From contig JBEKSC010000008.1 of the NCBI GenBank assembly GCA_049517415.1, positions 1 to 64,000 of the forward strand: DNA of 64,000 nt, given 5' to 3'. Position numbers and translations under genes: made by a program. Origin of the DNA: Candidatus Bathyarchaeia archaeon (GTDB taxonomy: Archaea; Thermoproteota; Bathyarchaeia; 40CM-2-53-6). Under the pieces are notes generated by a model, which was not told the DNA's origin, did no database searches, and was given only the letters and a program-made list of their open reading frames with translations. This document shows, piece after piece, positions 40,212-50,247 of the stretch. Position 1 is the first letter of the stretch, and every line of letters starts with the position of its first letter.

Positions 40212-40718
40212 CTAGTTCAGGAGTTTTGTCATAAGGTAGGCGTCGAACCCGTCGAAGTAGTAGTGTGGAATTGTGCGAGTGATCTCAAAGCCCATTTTCT
40301 TGTATAAGTTGATGGCCTGGAAGTTACTGACTCTGACCTCGAGGTAGCATTCATCAGCCTGATGCGTTGATAGTGCTGATAGTGCTTGCTCGACGAGTGA
40401 GTAACCGATTCCTAGGTTCCTAAAGTCTGGCATAACTGCCACGGAGATGATGTGCCCTTTTCTTGCAAACCTTAGTCTCCTCAAATCTGAGAAACCATGT
40501 TCTAGGCGGCACATTATGTAACCCGCGACTTGTCCTTGAGACTCAGCTACTAGGAAGGTTTCCGGAAGCGTGTTGTACGTATCTATGAAGAAGTAGGCCG
40601 CGTAATTTTCAGGTAAGCAAACACGATTAATGTTGATGACCGCTTCAACGTCTGCCGGACTAAACCGCCTGAGTGTATAGTTCTTCTGAATCAGCAAAGG
40701 ACTACTCGAATTTTCCAT
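40212..40718 (-). CDS. Ard1/RimI-type N-terminal acetyltransferase
   Basis: INRVCLPENY, GHIISVAV, LEVRVSN, YYFDGFDAYLM. Confidence 0.92.
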   Translation of the reverse strand: MENSSSPLLIQKNYTLRRFSPADVEAVININRVCLPENYAAYFFIDTYNTLPETFLVAESQGQVAGYIMCRLEHGFSDLRRLRFARKGHIISVAVMPDFRNLGIGYSLVEQALSALSTHQADECYLEVRVSNFQAINLYKKMGFEITRTIPHYYFDGFDAYLMTKLLN

Positions 40719-40824
40719 GCATGCGTCGAGTATATGATACTATCTGCGCCTTTGGCCAACGATATCGAGAATACGTTTAAATGACAAATTTCGGGTATGG
40801 GCAGAAAACCAGAAGGATAGCCGA

Positions 40825-41964
40825 GTGACCACCGAACGCGTAATCGAGCCACGTCCGCCGTCCTTCCAAATTGATTTCGGTTCGCTACGCAACATGGTCG
40901 AGTACCGCTTTACCCTAATGGACGCTTACGTTGATGTCCAGGGGTTACCAACATTCATAGTCGCCCAGGAGGCGATTAAGGACAAATTCAGAGAATTGCT
41001 GCTTGACTTGGCGAATCATCACCTTATGGCAAAGATCAGGAGGGTTCAGGACAAACTTGTTATTTCCATATTCCCGAAACCGAACCTTGGCAAACCTCGC
41101 ACGATCATTAACTTGGTCCTTTTTATGGCCACCATTGTTACGATTGGAATAGCGAGCTCTGCGCTAATATTCAATGTTGATCCTAGGCTTACCGCTGCGC
41201 TTTTTTCCGGTGCTGACCTGAACGTTCAAGTTGTCCTTATCGGGGCATCCATTCTTGGAATAGTTGCAATACATGAGTTAGGCCATGTGATCGCGATACG
41301 TCACCATAAGATGGACGCAAGCCTACCATATTTTGTCCCCGCGCCTCCACCTATCCCAATCGGAACCTTCGGCGCCGTTATTTCCTTGCGCGGTCCGCCA
41401 GCGAACCGCGACCAATTGTTCGATCTTGGCTTTAGTGGTCCACTTGCAGGGTTCATAGCCACGATTTGTGTTGGGATCTTCGCTATTCTGACAGCGCCAA
41501 TCATGGCTGAGCAAACGGTATCCGGCTTAGTAGCCGCAAACCTACTCTCGTCGAGTTCTTGGCCCCATATGCCGCTATTTCTGGAGCTTCTGGGTGACCT
41601 GAGTTTACGCACGGTCCCGGCTGGACATGTGTTAGTCTTGACTCAAGTTGCTTTCGCGGCTGAGGTTGGAGCTCTGATAACCTTCTTGAATATTCTACCA
41701 GTCTGGCAACTTGACGGTGGTCACATCTCGCGTGCCACTTTTGGAAACCAAGGCCACAAATTCACTGCGCTCGTGGGCCTCGGAATTCTGTTCCTAGCGG
41801 GTTACTGGGGCTTTGCACTCCTCCTTCTCGTCTTCATGTTCATAAGCCGTCGCCCCCTCGAAGGCGTTGAACCTCTAGATGACGTATCCCCACTTTCCAA
41901 GACAAGAAAGGCACTGTTTGCCCTAGCTCTGGTCATGCTTGTCCTCTCATTTGTAATCTTCTAG
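40825..41964 (+). CDS. Site-2 protease (M50)
   Basis: HELGH, PYFVP, GTFGAVI, SGPLAG, NILPVWQLDGGH. Confidence 0.93.
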   Translation: MTTERVIEPRPPSFQIDFGSLRNMVEYRFTLMDAYVDVQGLPTFIVAQEAIKDKFRELLLDLANHHLMAKIRRVQDKLVISIFPKPNLGKPRTIINLVLFMATIVTIGIASSALIFNVDPRLTAALFSGADLNVQVVLIGASILGIVAIHELGHVIAIRHHKMDASLPYFVPAPPPIPIGTFGAVISLRGPPANRDQLFDLGFSGPLAGFIATICVGIFAILTAPIMAEQTVSGLVAANLLSSSSWPHMPLFLELLGDLSLRTVPAGHVLVLTQVAFAAEVGALITFLNILPVWQLDGGHISRATFGNQGHKFTALVGLGILFLAGYWGFALLLLVFMFISRRPLEGVEPLDDVSPLSKTRKALFALALVMLVLSFVIF

Positions 41965-41989
41965 ACGTCCAACACGAACGCGAAGACGC

Positions 41990-42709
41990 TTGCCTGCCGA
42001 CTTTCAACTCAAACTCCTTGAACTAACGAGGGACGGTCACGGAGTTTCCCTAGACGAATTGGCAGGAGAGCTGCAAGCCGCGCCGGCCACCCTGATCTCA
42101 CAAGCCGAGGATTTGCGTAGCAAAGGCCTAGCTAACTATCATCATGGAAGATTCGATCTCGATACACGCCAACGCATTTTGTTGGCTGAAGAACTAATCC
42201 ACGCTGGTCGCGACCCTCAGAAGGTTTCGCGTTTCTTGGAGTGGCAAGAGTTTGAAGATTTCGCAGTTCTTGCCTTTGAAGACAATGGCTTTGCCGTCGT
42301 CAAGCATCTCGTCTTCAAGACCAGATTTGGTCGGAGAGAAATCGACCTCCTCGCTTGGAACGATACCTTTCTTTTTGCAGTCGATTGTAAGCATTGGCTG
42401 CGTGGTCTTTCCACGTCACGAATGAGTTCGGCAGTTCGCGCCCAAGTTGAACGATCTGAGGCTTTGGCAGGGAAACCCGAGTTACTCGTCAAATTCGGGG
42501 TCACGCACCTTGACCGGCGGCGTATTGTTCCCATGATATTTACATTGGGCGAGCCGCGCCAGACATTCGTTGATGAAGTTCCAGTAGTATCGGTTTTGAA
42601 GCTGATGAGTTTCTTGTACGGAGTCTCTCCTGTCGACGAAAGCTTCCGAAGTTTTCCGGTAAAGGGTCTAGGCATCGCCTCCCTAATCCAAGGGCAACCG
42701 AAGCCCTAA
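41990..42709 (+). CDS. HTH plus restriction-endonuclease-like (PD-(D/E)xK) protein
   Basis: N-terminal wHTH; WQEFEDF, REIDLL, VDCKHW. Confidence 0.75.
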   Translation: MPADFQLKLLELTRDGHGVSLDELAGELQAAPATLISQAEDLRSKGLANYHHGRFDLDTRQRILLAEELIHAGRDPQKVSRFLEWQEFEDFAVLAFEDNGFAVVKHLVFKTRFGRREIDLLAWNDTFLFAVDCKHWLRGLSTSRMSSAVRAQVERSEALAGKPELLVKFGVTHLDRRRIVPMIFTLGEPRQTFVDEVPVVSVLKLMSFLYGVSPVDESFRSFPVKGLGIASLIQGQPKP

Positions 42710-42739
42710 TCTCATCCGACTGGCACAACGGCGGTAACC

Positions 42740-43396
42740 TTGAGCGAAGTACAGCAGAGGCTCCAGCAGTTGACGACTGCGCTGCTTAGCGGAAAGGCGG
42801 AAGAGGCCAGACAGAGCACAAACGCCGCCTTAGCTCTAGGTAGCACCGCCAATGAAATACTCGACACGTTAGTTGACGCAGTGAACATAATCATCGGCCT
42901 ACGCGAGGTGGGGGAGTACGATCAGGACAGGATGACCGTCGTAGAAGGCGCAGTCAACTCCTGCCTTCAAACTATCGAAGACAGGCTAGCGATAGCTGAG
43001 AGGAAGTTCAACATCAAAGCGACTACAGGCCCAGTCGGCATGAAGGCTGGAAACTTGCTCTCATTGGCTGTATCTGCGTCACTCAGGGCGGTTGGTTTTC
43101 GGTCGGTAAACTTAGGGAAAAGCCAGACGCCCCTGGAGATTCTCCGAAACTCAGAGGAACTCGGAGCTGATTTGGTAGTGCCTCTACTATCGGGGGAACG
43201 AGTCGAAGAACAACTCCAAAGCTTTATGGAAGCCATTGAACGCGGAGGTTTCAAGACGAAGTTCGAGGTAATCCTCGTAGCCCCGGGCTTGCCAGAAACG
43301 ATTGAAACCTCAATCAACCTCGCCAGGAATTCGGGCGAGGCAATTAGCAAGGCAACTGAATGGGCGTTAAGACGAAGTAAGGCCACGAGTAAATGA
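42740..43396 (+). CDS. Corrinoid-protein-like (B12-binding fold) protein lacking DxHxxG
   Basis: Helical cap then GFRSVNLGKSQTP...GADLV Rossmann segment; the His-loop is replaced by GPVGMKAG. Confidence 0.55.
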   Translation: MSEVQQRLQQLTTALLSGKAEEARQSTNAALALGSTANEILDTLVDAVNIIIGLREVGEYDQDRMTVVEGAVNSCLQTIEDRLAIAERKFNIKATTGPVGMKAGNLLSLAVSASLRAVGFRSVNLGKSQTPLEILRNSEELGADLVVPLLSGERVEEQLQSFMEAIERGGFKTKFEVILVAPGLPETIETSINLARNSGEAISKATEWALRRSKATSK

Positions 43397-43417
43397 GGTA
43401 CTGAAAGCAAAGACGCC

Positions 43418-43951
43418 TTAGGGCTTCCAGAGCCCGTCCATCGTGGAGAATGCTAAGTCTCCAATCTCCGGGATGAAATGGTCGGCCACAACTATCAAAA
43501 ACGCAACCGCGAATACCCCAAGTATCAGCCCCGTTGGATAGTGGGCGAGCGACCAAGGCAAAATCCCATTATAGAGTAGCCATATCTCCAAGGCAATTCT
43601 GCCTAGGTTAGTGAGGTAAACGCTCACGACGACTGTCCCGAAAGCCATCAATTTTTTCTTGATTGCAACCTTCGGCATCGCAACAATAATTCCCAAGAAA
43701 ACCGTGATAACTTGGACCCCCGTACACATTCGCTGAATCTCGAATTCATTCAGGAAGACTCGATTGCCCTCATACCAAACGGTTGCCTTAATTCCAATTA
43801 ACCTCATCAGAATGGCCGAATGTTCAGCTGTCAGTTTTTCGTAAAAGAAATAGTTGGGTAAGTAGTATAGCGTGATCGCGATAGCCGAGGTTATTCCGAG
43901 GACGCGCAGAATCTCGATAGCTTTCTGGCGCTGCAAGGGTTTCAATCTCAT
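43418..43951 (-). CDS. Archaeosortase/exosortase-family protein
   Basis: Multi-TM; catalytic Cys-Arg-His in RMCTG, NLGRI, LAHY. Confidence 0.85.
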   Translation of the reverse strand: MRLKPLQRQKAIEILRVLGITSAIAITLYYLPNYFFYEKLTAEHSAILMRLIGIKATVWYEGNRVFLNEFEIQRMCTGVQVITVFLGIIVAMPKVAIKKKLMAFGTVVVSVYLTNLGRIALEIWLLYNGILPWSLAHYPTGLILGVFAVAFLIVVADHFIPEIGDLAFSTMDGLWKP

Positions 43952-44147
43952 CCCTTACCCTTCCTCAAGCGGGACATAATGAAACTTGCCTACATTTCCA
44001 TTACCGGAGCTCCAACCCCATGCTCCCCAACGGAGATACGTTGGCGGCGAATCTTGCAGGAACCAAACAAATTCAAGGGTTTGCACATCTGCAGATCGCC
44101 GCGTAAGACGCAGAACTCGGGTGACGCAAGGTAGACTGCGAGCTTTT

Positions 44148-44621
44148 CTAACGCTTCCTTCTTGTGCGTCTCATGGCCATCAGGGCAGCTGAAAGCGCAA
44201 CGACTGCAATCACCGAGATCATTCCCGACGGGAATTCGGGTACTGGTACGTGTGATTCCTCAAGGTCGAAGTTTATTGTACTTGCAGAACCTGCTGAAAC
44301 GGCTACAGCGTTACTGTAAGGCTTGTAGCCTGGTTCTGTGACCGTAACGTTGTAGTTGCCGGCGGGGACGAACATGTAATAATAGCCGCCTGCACCAGAA
44401 TATGCTACGAGGCTGTATTGGCCATTGTTCGCCGTGACGGTGGCCCAAGCAATTGGTTGAAGCTGGTTATACATATCAAAACCGAGCACATAGCCCGTTA
44501 TCGCGCCGCCTCCCCCACCGTAATATTGGTCAGCACGAGACTGGGCAAAAGCAAACCTTGAGCCAAGAAGCATCAATGCGACAATGGCTGTCGCCAACAG
44601 AAGATATCGCACAGCCTTCAT
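44148..44621 (-). CDS. Secreted carboxypeptidase-regulatory-like domain protein with PEF-CTERM-like tail
   Basis: Signal peptide; PAGNYNVTVTEPGY; C-terminal VPVPEF + TM + RRTRRKR. Confidence 0.85.
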   Translation of the reverse strand: MKAVRYLLLATAIVALMLLGSRFAFAQSRADQYYGGGGGAITGYVLGFDMYNQLQPIAWATVTANNGQYSLVAYSGAGGYYYMFVPAGNYNVTVTEPGYKPYSNAVAVSAGSASTINFDLEESHVPVPEFPSGMISVIAVVALSAALMAMRRTRRKR

Positions 44622-44809
44622 TTCGGGTCATCAGAGAGATTCATGCAAGCTCCAATAAACGTTATGCACTCATTCCAAGCCGTCGGGAGATAGGTGCACA
44701 CGAACGAAGCAATAGTGAAAAGAATTCATGCATTGACATTTAACGGGAGAAGTGGGGAAGGTACATGCATTTGCACGAGCAAGCCTAGGCATCCTAAAGG
44801 CAACCCACG

Positions 44810-47104
44810 ATGAGATTCAGAAGCTTAGCGCTCAGCATGATATTTACCGCATTGCTCGCGGGCAGCGTTACGGCTGCGGCTGCACAGGTTGTGGCTATTA
44901 CTATACCGCAACCCCACGTCTCAGTTCCCAACCAGATAATTGATTTCTACGCTGGAGGAACGAGCGCGGGTTACACTCTCCGAGTATCGCCGCAAGGCGG
45001 CACTCTTTCAATAAATGATTACCTCACGATGGGCCTAATGCCGTGGGGTTACGTTACCGCACAATGGAGTACCGGGCTAGAATACATCATTTTCTTGGTG
45101 AATGTTACACAAACGAACTTCAGAATCGGTTTTCTTTACTTGACGAATTCTTCCGAGGAGCCGTTTATGTTGCGTTTGTTCGATTATAGCACCGAGAACG
45201 TCAATTTGTGGACTTTCCAAGGGGCTCAACACGTCTATAACCGCACTGTCTCCACGTCCTCCGTTCAACTGCCAATATTACAGATGCCCCAGCCCGCAAC
45301 GATTACCAATGCCATCTCCGCTCTCGGGCCTCAAATCTATCTCACGACGAAAGGGGGACTGCTATTGAATGGCACAGCGTCCCTCAACATTTATCCCGTC
45401 ATGAACCAACTGTTCTCGAACCCAACTGATTATAATGAGGTCTGGTCGCTTCTCGCCGATGAAGTTGGTAACTACTACTTTGCAATTCTATACATGCGGA
45501 ACAACGATCCGTCACACGTCATCATCGAGCACCAGCTAATGCTGAATGATTATAGAAGATTTGATGGCCGAACCATTGACGCACGATGGCAGAGGGGCTC
45601 ATTCGGGAATGATGCCACCGTCAGGACGCCGATGCCCAATCTGACCGTGAATGTTGACGGCTTTCCGTTTCAAACAAACACCCGCGGTCTGGTTTCTGTC
45701 TCCGTTCCCAACGGCATCGTAACCGTCCAGGTTCCTGACGCCATATTGAATTCAACTAACTCAGAACTACGCTTTGCAGGTTGGAACAAGTTCGGTTCAT
45801 CGAACCCGCTCAGCATACGGGTAAATTCGACATTAGACGTCACCGCCAAATACGAATCCGATTATGCACTTGTCGTGAACAGCGCTTACGGTACTCCTCA
45901 AGGTTCTGGTTTGTACCCGCAAGGCGCGAACGCAACTTTTTCGGTCAAGAATGAAATGGATTATGGTAATGGTACTAGACGAGTCTTCGAGCAGTGGGTG
46001 GGAGACTCAACCTCTACGGAGAATCAGGCTTGGATTATCCTCAACGCGCCCAAGAACGTTCTTGCGGTTTGGAAGACTCAATATACGGTCACACTCGGGA
46101 CCCTTGGGCTGCCCCCCAGCGCAAGCGCTGTTGCGCTCGTAGGCGATTCGCTGGTCACGCTTAACGGGAGCTCTCCATACTCAATATGGGTAGACGCAAA
46201 TCATCCGTTGCCAATTTCAGTTCGGAGTACCCAAATTCTGGACTCCAGCGGTAATTACTCTTTCCAGGAAATTCGCGTTAACAACCAAGCGTACACAGGG
46301 GTCCTAGATGTGACCAAACCGGTCGATGTTTCCTTAGTATTTACTCAGGCCCCCAAGCAAAGTCCAGGCCTCAGCCTTCAAGTAATGCCGTCGGTTGCCG
46401 TTTCTGGCATTCCAGTGTCCATTACCGGCTCAGTTGACCCACTTGCAACCGACCCGACAACTGTCGTAATCTCTTACAGCTCAGGCGACAGCGGCTGGCA
46501 ACAGATCGCAAATGTCCCAATCGCTCAGAACGGCGAGTTCGCTTACACTTGGCAAGCAACGGCCCCAGGAAACTATTCTATCAAAGCATCTTTGTCAGGC
46601 AACTCAAAGTATTCTTCAACCTCCCAAATCGTGGGAGTTCGAGTTGTGAATTCCGTTCCCATGGTTGTTGGATCTGATCTGTTTAATCAAATCCTGCACA
46701 GTGGGTTAGCGGCGGCAAGAAGCGTCCCATACTTAGGTACCCTTGTAAAGTTCACTGAGGCCTTGATGACGTTGGGTTATATGCTGGGCTCGTTCGTCAT
46801 CCCAGGCGGGCCTCCTGTCGTTGGGTACTTCATCGGAAGTATCTTCGTCGGGTTCATTCTCGTCTTCCCGTTCAGCGCCGCACTCGTACTAGTTCGGGCC
46901 GCGAGGACAAAGCGCCGACCAAGCTTGCTATGGCTCACACCGATACTGGTTATCTGGTTATCATCCTTGGCATTAGTTCTCTTGAGTCCAGCGCTCTCTT
47001 CCTCGCACTTTCTGCTTGTGGCTTCACAAATCGTGTTGGTGCTTAGCAATGTGTTTGCGATTCCTATGCTTGCATCTTTCAGACTTGCCAAACTAGTTGC
47101 TTGA
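44810..47104 (+). CDS. Large secreted beta-rich protein with C-terminal multi-TM anchor
   Basis: Signal peptide; NSAYGTPQGSGLY module; Ig-like domain; several C-terminal hydrophobic helices. Confidence 0.8.
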   Translation: MRFRSLALSMIFTALLAGSVTAAAAQVVAITIPQPHVSVPNQIIDFYAGGTSAGYTLRVSPQGGTLSINDYLTMGLMPWGYVTAQWSTGLEYIIFLVNVTQTNFRIGFLYLTNSSEEPFMLRLFDYSTENVNLWTFQGAQHVYNRTVSTSSVQLPILQMPQPATITNAISALGPQIYLTTKGGLLLNGTASLNIYPVMNQLFSNPTDYNEVWSLLADEVGNYYFAILYMRNNDPSHVIIEHQLMLNDYRRFDGRTIDARWQRGSFGNDATVRTPMPNLTVNVDGFPFQTNTRGLVSVSVPNGIVTVQVPDAILNSTNSELRFAGWNKFGSSNPLSIRVNSTLDVTAKYESDYALVVNSAYGTPQGSGLYPQGANATFSVKNEMDYGNGTRRVFEQWVGDSTSTENQAWIILNAPKNVLAVWKTQYTVTLGTLGLPPSASAVALVGDSLVTLNGSSPYSIWVDANHPLPISVRSTQILDSSGNYSFQEIRVNNQAYTGVLDVTKPVDVSLVFTQAPKQSPGLSLQVMPSVAVSGIPVSITGSVDPLATDPTTVVISYSSGDSGWQQIANVPIAQNGEFAYTWQATAPGNYSIKASLSGNSKYSSTSQIVGVRVVNSVPMVVGSDLFNQILHSGLAAARSVPYLGTLVKFTEALMTLGYMLGSFVIPGGPPVVGYFIGSIFVGFILVFPFSAALVLVRAARTKRRPSLLWLTPILVIWLSSLALVLLSPALSSSHFLLVASQIVLVLSNVFAIPMLASFRLAKLVA

Positions 47105-47264
47105 TGAACTCTGAAATCTTTCAGAATTCGAGAACGAGTAGTAACGTTGTAGGATTATTGTTAATCCAAATCATTCGGCGGCATTGAGGGTGCACTGCTA
47201 CGTGCAGCTAAACACTTTATGAATTCTGGGGGAACGGCCCAGTAAAGCTCCGGTCGGCGAGATT

Positions 47265-50177
47265 ATGGTAGCGGGGAATGAAAGGAGAGTTACGATACTC
47301 GCTCTTCTCTTCTTCACATTGATTGCCGTTCCCAACCTACCGTCGGCTGTGTTCGGGCGAAGCAGTCAGCCAATTATGGCGTTCGAGCCTTCTTTGAATT
47401 CAACGATCCCAAGCCCGGCGATGCCGCTTCCCGCTCCAACCAAGGGCTATGCCCGTCAACTCGCGCCTGTTTCCGGAGTCATACGAGTTCTAATGATTGC
47501 AGTTGCTTTCTCAGATATTCCAAATCAAACAAGCATTGCCGTGTTGAAGCAAGAATACTTCGGCACCCTATCCACATATTATCACGAAGTATCACTTGGG
47601 ACGGTCACAATTCAGGGCGACGCATACGGATGGTACAAGCTTCCCTATCCCGAAGCTCATTATGGAAAGGACTGTCTAGCAATTGACGATGCTGATTGTA
47701 GCGGCGCAGACCAATCGTGGCAGATCGCCCAAGATGCTGCTCAGCTGGCCCAGAAGAATGTTAACTTCCAAAATTATGATTACTACGTCTTCCTCCACTC
47801 AGGGGATGGACAGGAATCAAGCGGCGTGAAAAACGACGTCTGGTCAGTCACCTACCTCGGTGGAGTCTACGTTCAAACCAACACAAAAACCCTGATCAGA
47901 TTCAACATAATCCCGGAACTTGAGGCAGGAGGCGCAGTGCCGGACGGGGTTTGGTGTCACGAATTCGGCCACAACTTAGGGTTACCTGACCTTTACAATA
48001 CCAGCAATGGCCAAACAATTTTGGGTCCCTGGGAGTTGATGGATAAGGGATTGTGGAATGGAAACCCCGCGGGTTCAAGCCCGGCCCATATGTCCGCTTG
48101 GCCTAAACTTCAACTCGGATTTATCAGCGGGTCACAACTGGCAACAGCAAACATTGGAACGACGAGCACCTTCACCATTGATCCCACTGAAATACCTTCG
48201 AGTAACATACATGTTATCGAGATACCTTGGACGAACACGCTCAACCCTAGCCAATACTACTTGGTTGAGGTTAGATCACCGATAGGTTTCGATTCAGCTT
48301 TACCTGCCGCAGGCGTTCTAATCACCTCCGTAGATAATACGGCAATCATAGGCAAAGTGCATGTTATCGATGGACATCCGAGTGTTCCTAGTTTAGAAGA
48401 TGCTGTTTGGTACGTTGGCCAAACTTTCACTGACAGTCAGCACAACGTCGCTGTAACTGTGGCAGCAAAAGTTGGAAACTCTTACCAAGTGATTGTGAAT
48501 CGGGGTGGATCTCAACCACCTCCGCCGCCAAATCAGAACAAGACCTACATCAACTTAGGAATAACCGCCATCAATGCTCAACCCCAAGTAATTATCAGCC
48601 CCAACACAACGGTTACCGTTACCGTCCAAATAACGAACTTAGGAACTGAAGGAGCAACCAATGTTCCAGTAGAGGTCGACTTAGATGGTCAACTCTACAC
48701 TAATACAGAAGTCAGTGCCGCCGCAGGTTCTGCAACTCAAACCTCCTTCACTTGGATCTCAGTTCTCGGAAGCCACGTGTTCAAAATCACCATAGATCCA
48801 AATCACACAATCAACAATACCAATACAGCAAATAACGTAGCGAGCGTCACACTCAACGTCGGCCCAGTACTCACGATCAATGTCCCGGCCAATGTAACAT
48901 CAGCCGGTAGCATCTGGGTATTGATAAACGGCGTAAGGTACAATCTAACTTCGGGCCAACTGCAGACGAGCGTTCCGAGCGGGACTATAACCGTACAAGT
49001 GCAGCCAGCGGTCAACACTTCCCTAGGGGTCAGAGAATTATTCGGCGGCTGGTCTGACGGTAACCTAACCAACCCACGGCAAATTGTTGTTACCTCAAAT
49101 ACCGCATTGCAAGCCGTTTACGCGACCCAATACTTGCTGTCCATAAACCAGAATGGCGGAACTACAACTCCCAGCGGATGGTACTTCCCAGGTACAGTCG
49201 TTCAGGTGAATGCCGCGAATCCGTCAAACGTGACTGCTAGCGCCTCGAGGCTAATATTTGCCGGTTGGAACGGCGACCTTAATTCAACTTCAACTTCCTT
49301 GACGGTGAACATGTCCAAACCACTCACCTTGAGTGCAAGTTGGACGAAGCAATACTACGTCACGATAATCTCCCCGACTGGCTCACCGACGGGGAGTGGC
49401 TGGTATGATGATGGCAATACCGCTACGGTGGCCGTTCAATCAACTGTTCAGTTCGCGAACGGGACGAGAAAAATCTTTGCAGGCTGGAACGCAACCTCAC
49501 TAGGTAACAACCCAACTGCGCAAGTTTACGTTGACTCTCCTACGACGCTTCAGGCCTCGTGGGAGACACAATACGCCGTAACCATTCAGTCCGAATACGG
49601 AACTCCACTCGGGTCAGGTTGGTATGATGTGGGTTCAACTGTACCAGTCTTTATACAAACGCAAGTGGATTATGGAAATGGGACACGTAGATCCTTTGCT
49701 AGTTGGACAGGTGACTACACTGGGACATCTCCTAACGTAACTTTGCGAGTAGACACGCCAAAAACGTTGACGGCAAACTGGAACACCGAATACTTGGTCA
49801 TCTTCAAAGTCGCCGGTCTGTCAAACTCAACAATAATCAAACTCAATCTCAACAATGAATACCACGACCTTTCAATGAATAGCAACTTTCAAACTTGGTA
49901 CCAGAGAGGCACAACGGTCAGCCCAACACTGAATCAAACGATCGTTGATGGGTTTTCAGTTCACCAATTCTCAGGCTGGCGAAATGCAACAGGTGGCGCA
50001 ATCGAGCCACCCCGTGCAATTAACTCTCCCGAAACCTTCGTAGCATCATATTCAAATTCACTAAGCCTGCCCCCTATCCCTGGTTTCCCGATCGAAAGCA
50101 CAATCTTAGGAGTCTTAATTGGGTCACTAATGTTAGCGGCCGTCCGAAGACGTAGACCTCAAAAATCGGGCCGCTAA
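47265..50177 (+). CDS. M6 (immune inhibitor A-like) metalloprotease with CARDB-like and repeat domains and a PGF-CTERM-like tail
   Basis: HEFGHNLGLPDLY, WELMDKG, YYLVEVR; repeated GSGWYD modules; C-terminal IPGFP + TM + RRRR. Confidence 0.9.
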   Translation: MVAGNERRVTILALLFFTLIAVPNLPSAVFGRSSQPIMAFEPSLNSTIPSPAMPLPAPTKGYARQLAPVSGVIRVLMIAVAFSDIPNQTSIAVLKQEYFGTLSTYYHEVSLGTVTIQGDAYGWYKLPYPEAHYGKDCLAIDDADCSGADQSWQIAQDAAQLAQKNVNFQNYDYYVFLHSGDGQESSGVKNDVWSVTYLGGVYVQTNTKTLIRFNIIPELEAGGAVPDGVWCHEFGHNLGLPDLYNTSNGQTILGPWELMDKGLWNGNPAGSSPAHMSAWPKLQLGFISGSQLATANIGTTSTFTIDPTEIPSSNIHVIEIPWTNTLNPSQYYLVEVRSPIGFDSALPAAGVLITSVDNTAIIGKVHVIDGHPSVPSLEDAVWYVGQTFTDSQHNVAVTVAAKVGNSYQVIVNRGGSQPPPPPNQNKTYINLGITAINAQPQVIISPNTTVTVTVQITNLGTEGATNVPVEVDLDGQLYTNTEVSAAAGSATQTSFTWISVLGSHVFKITIDPNHTINNTNTANNVASVTLNVGPVLTINVPANVTSAGSIWVLINGVRYNLTSGQLQTSVPSGTITVQVQPAVNTSLGVRELFGGWSDGNLTNPRQIVVTSNTALQAVYATQYLLSINQNGGTTTPSGWYFPGTVVQVNAANPSNVTASASRLIFAGWNGDLNSTSTSLTVNMSKPLTLSASWTKQYYVTIISPTGSPTGSGWYDDGNTATVAVQSTVQFANGTRKIFAGWNATSLGNNPTAQVYVDSPTTLQASWETQYAVTIQSEYGTPLGSGWYDVGSTVPVFIQTQVDYGNGTRRSFASWTGDYTGTSPNVTLRVDTPKTLTANWNTEYLVIFKVAGLSNSTIIKLNLNNEYHDLSMNSNFQTWYQRGTTVSPTLNQTIVDGFSVHQFSGWRNATGGAIEPPRAINSPETFVASYSNSLSLPPIPGFPIESTILGVLIGSLMLAAVRRRRPQKSGR

Positions 50178-50247
50178 CCTCTTCGAATAGAGGCGTGCAG
50201 AAAGCGAACGATTCTGGACAAGTTTGGAAAGAGGTCAGGGTCCCGTG

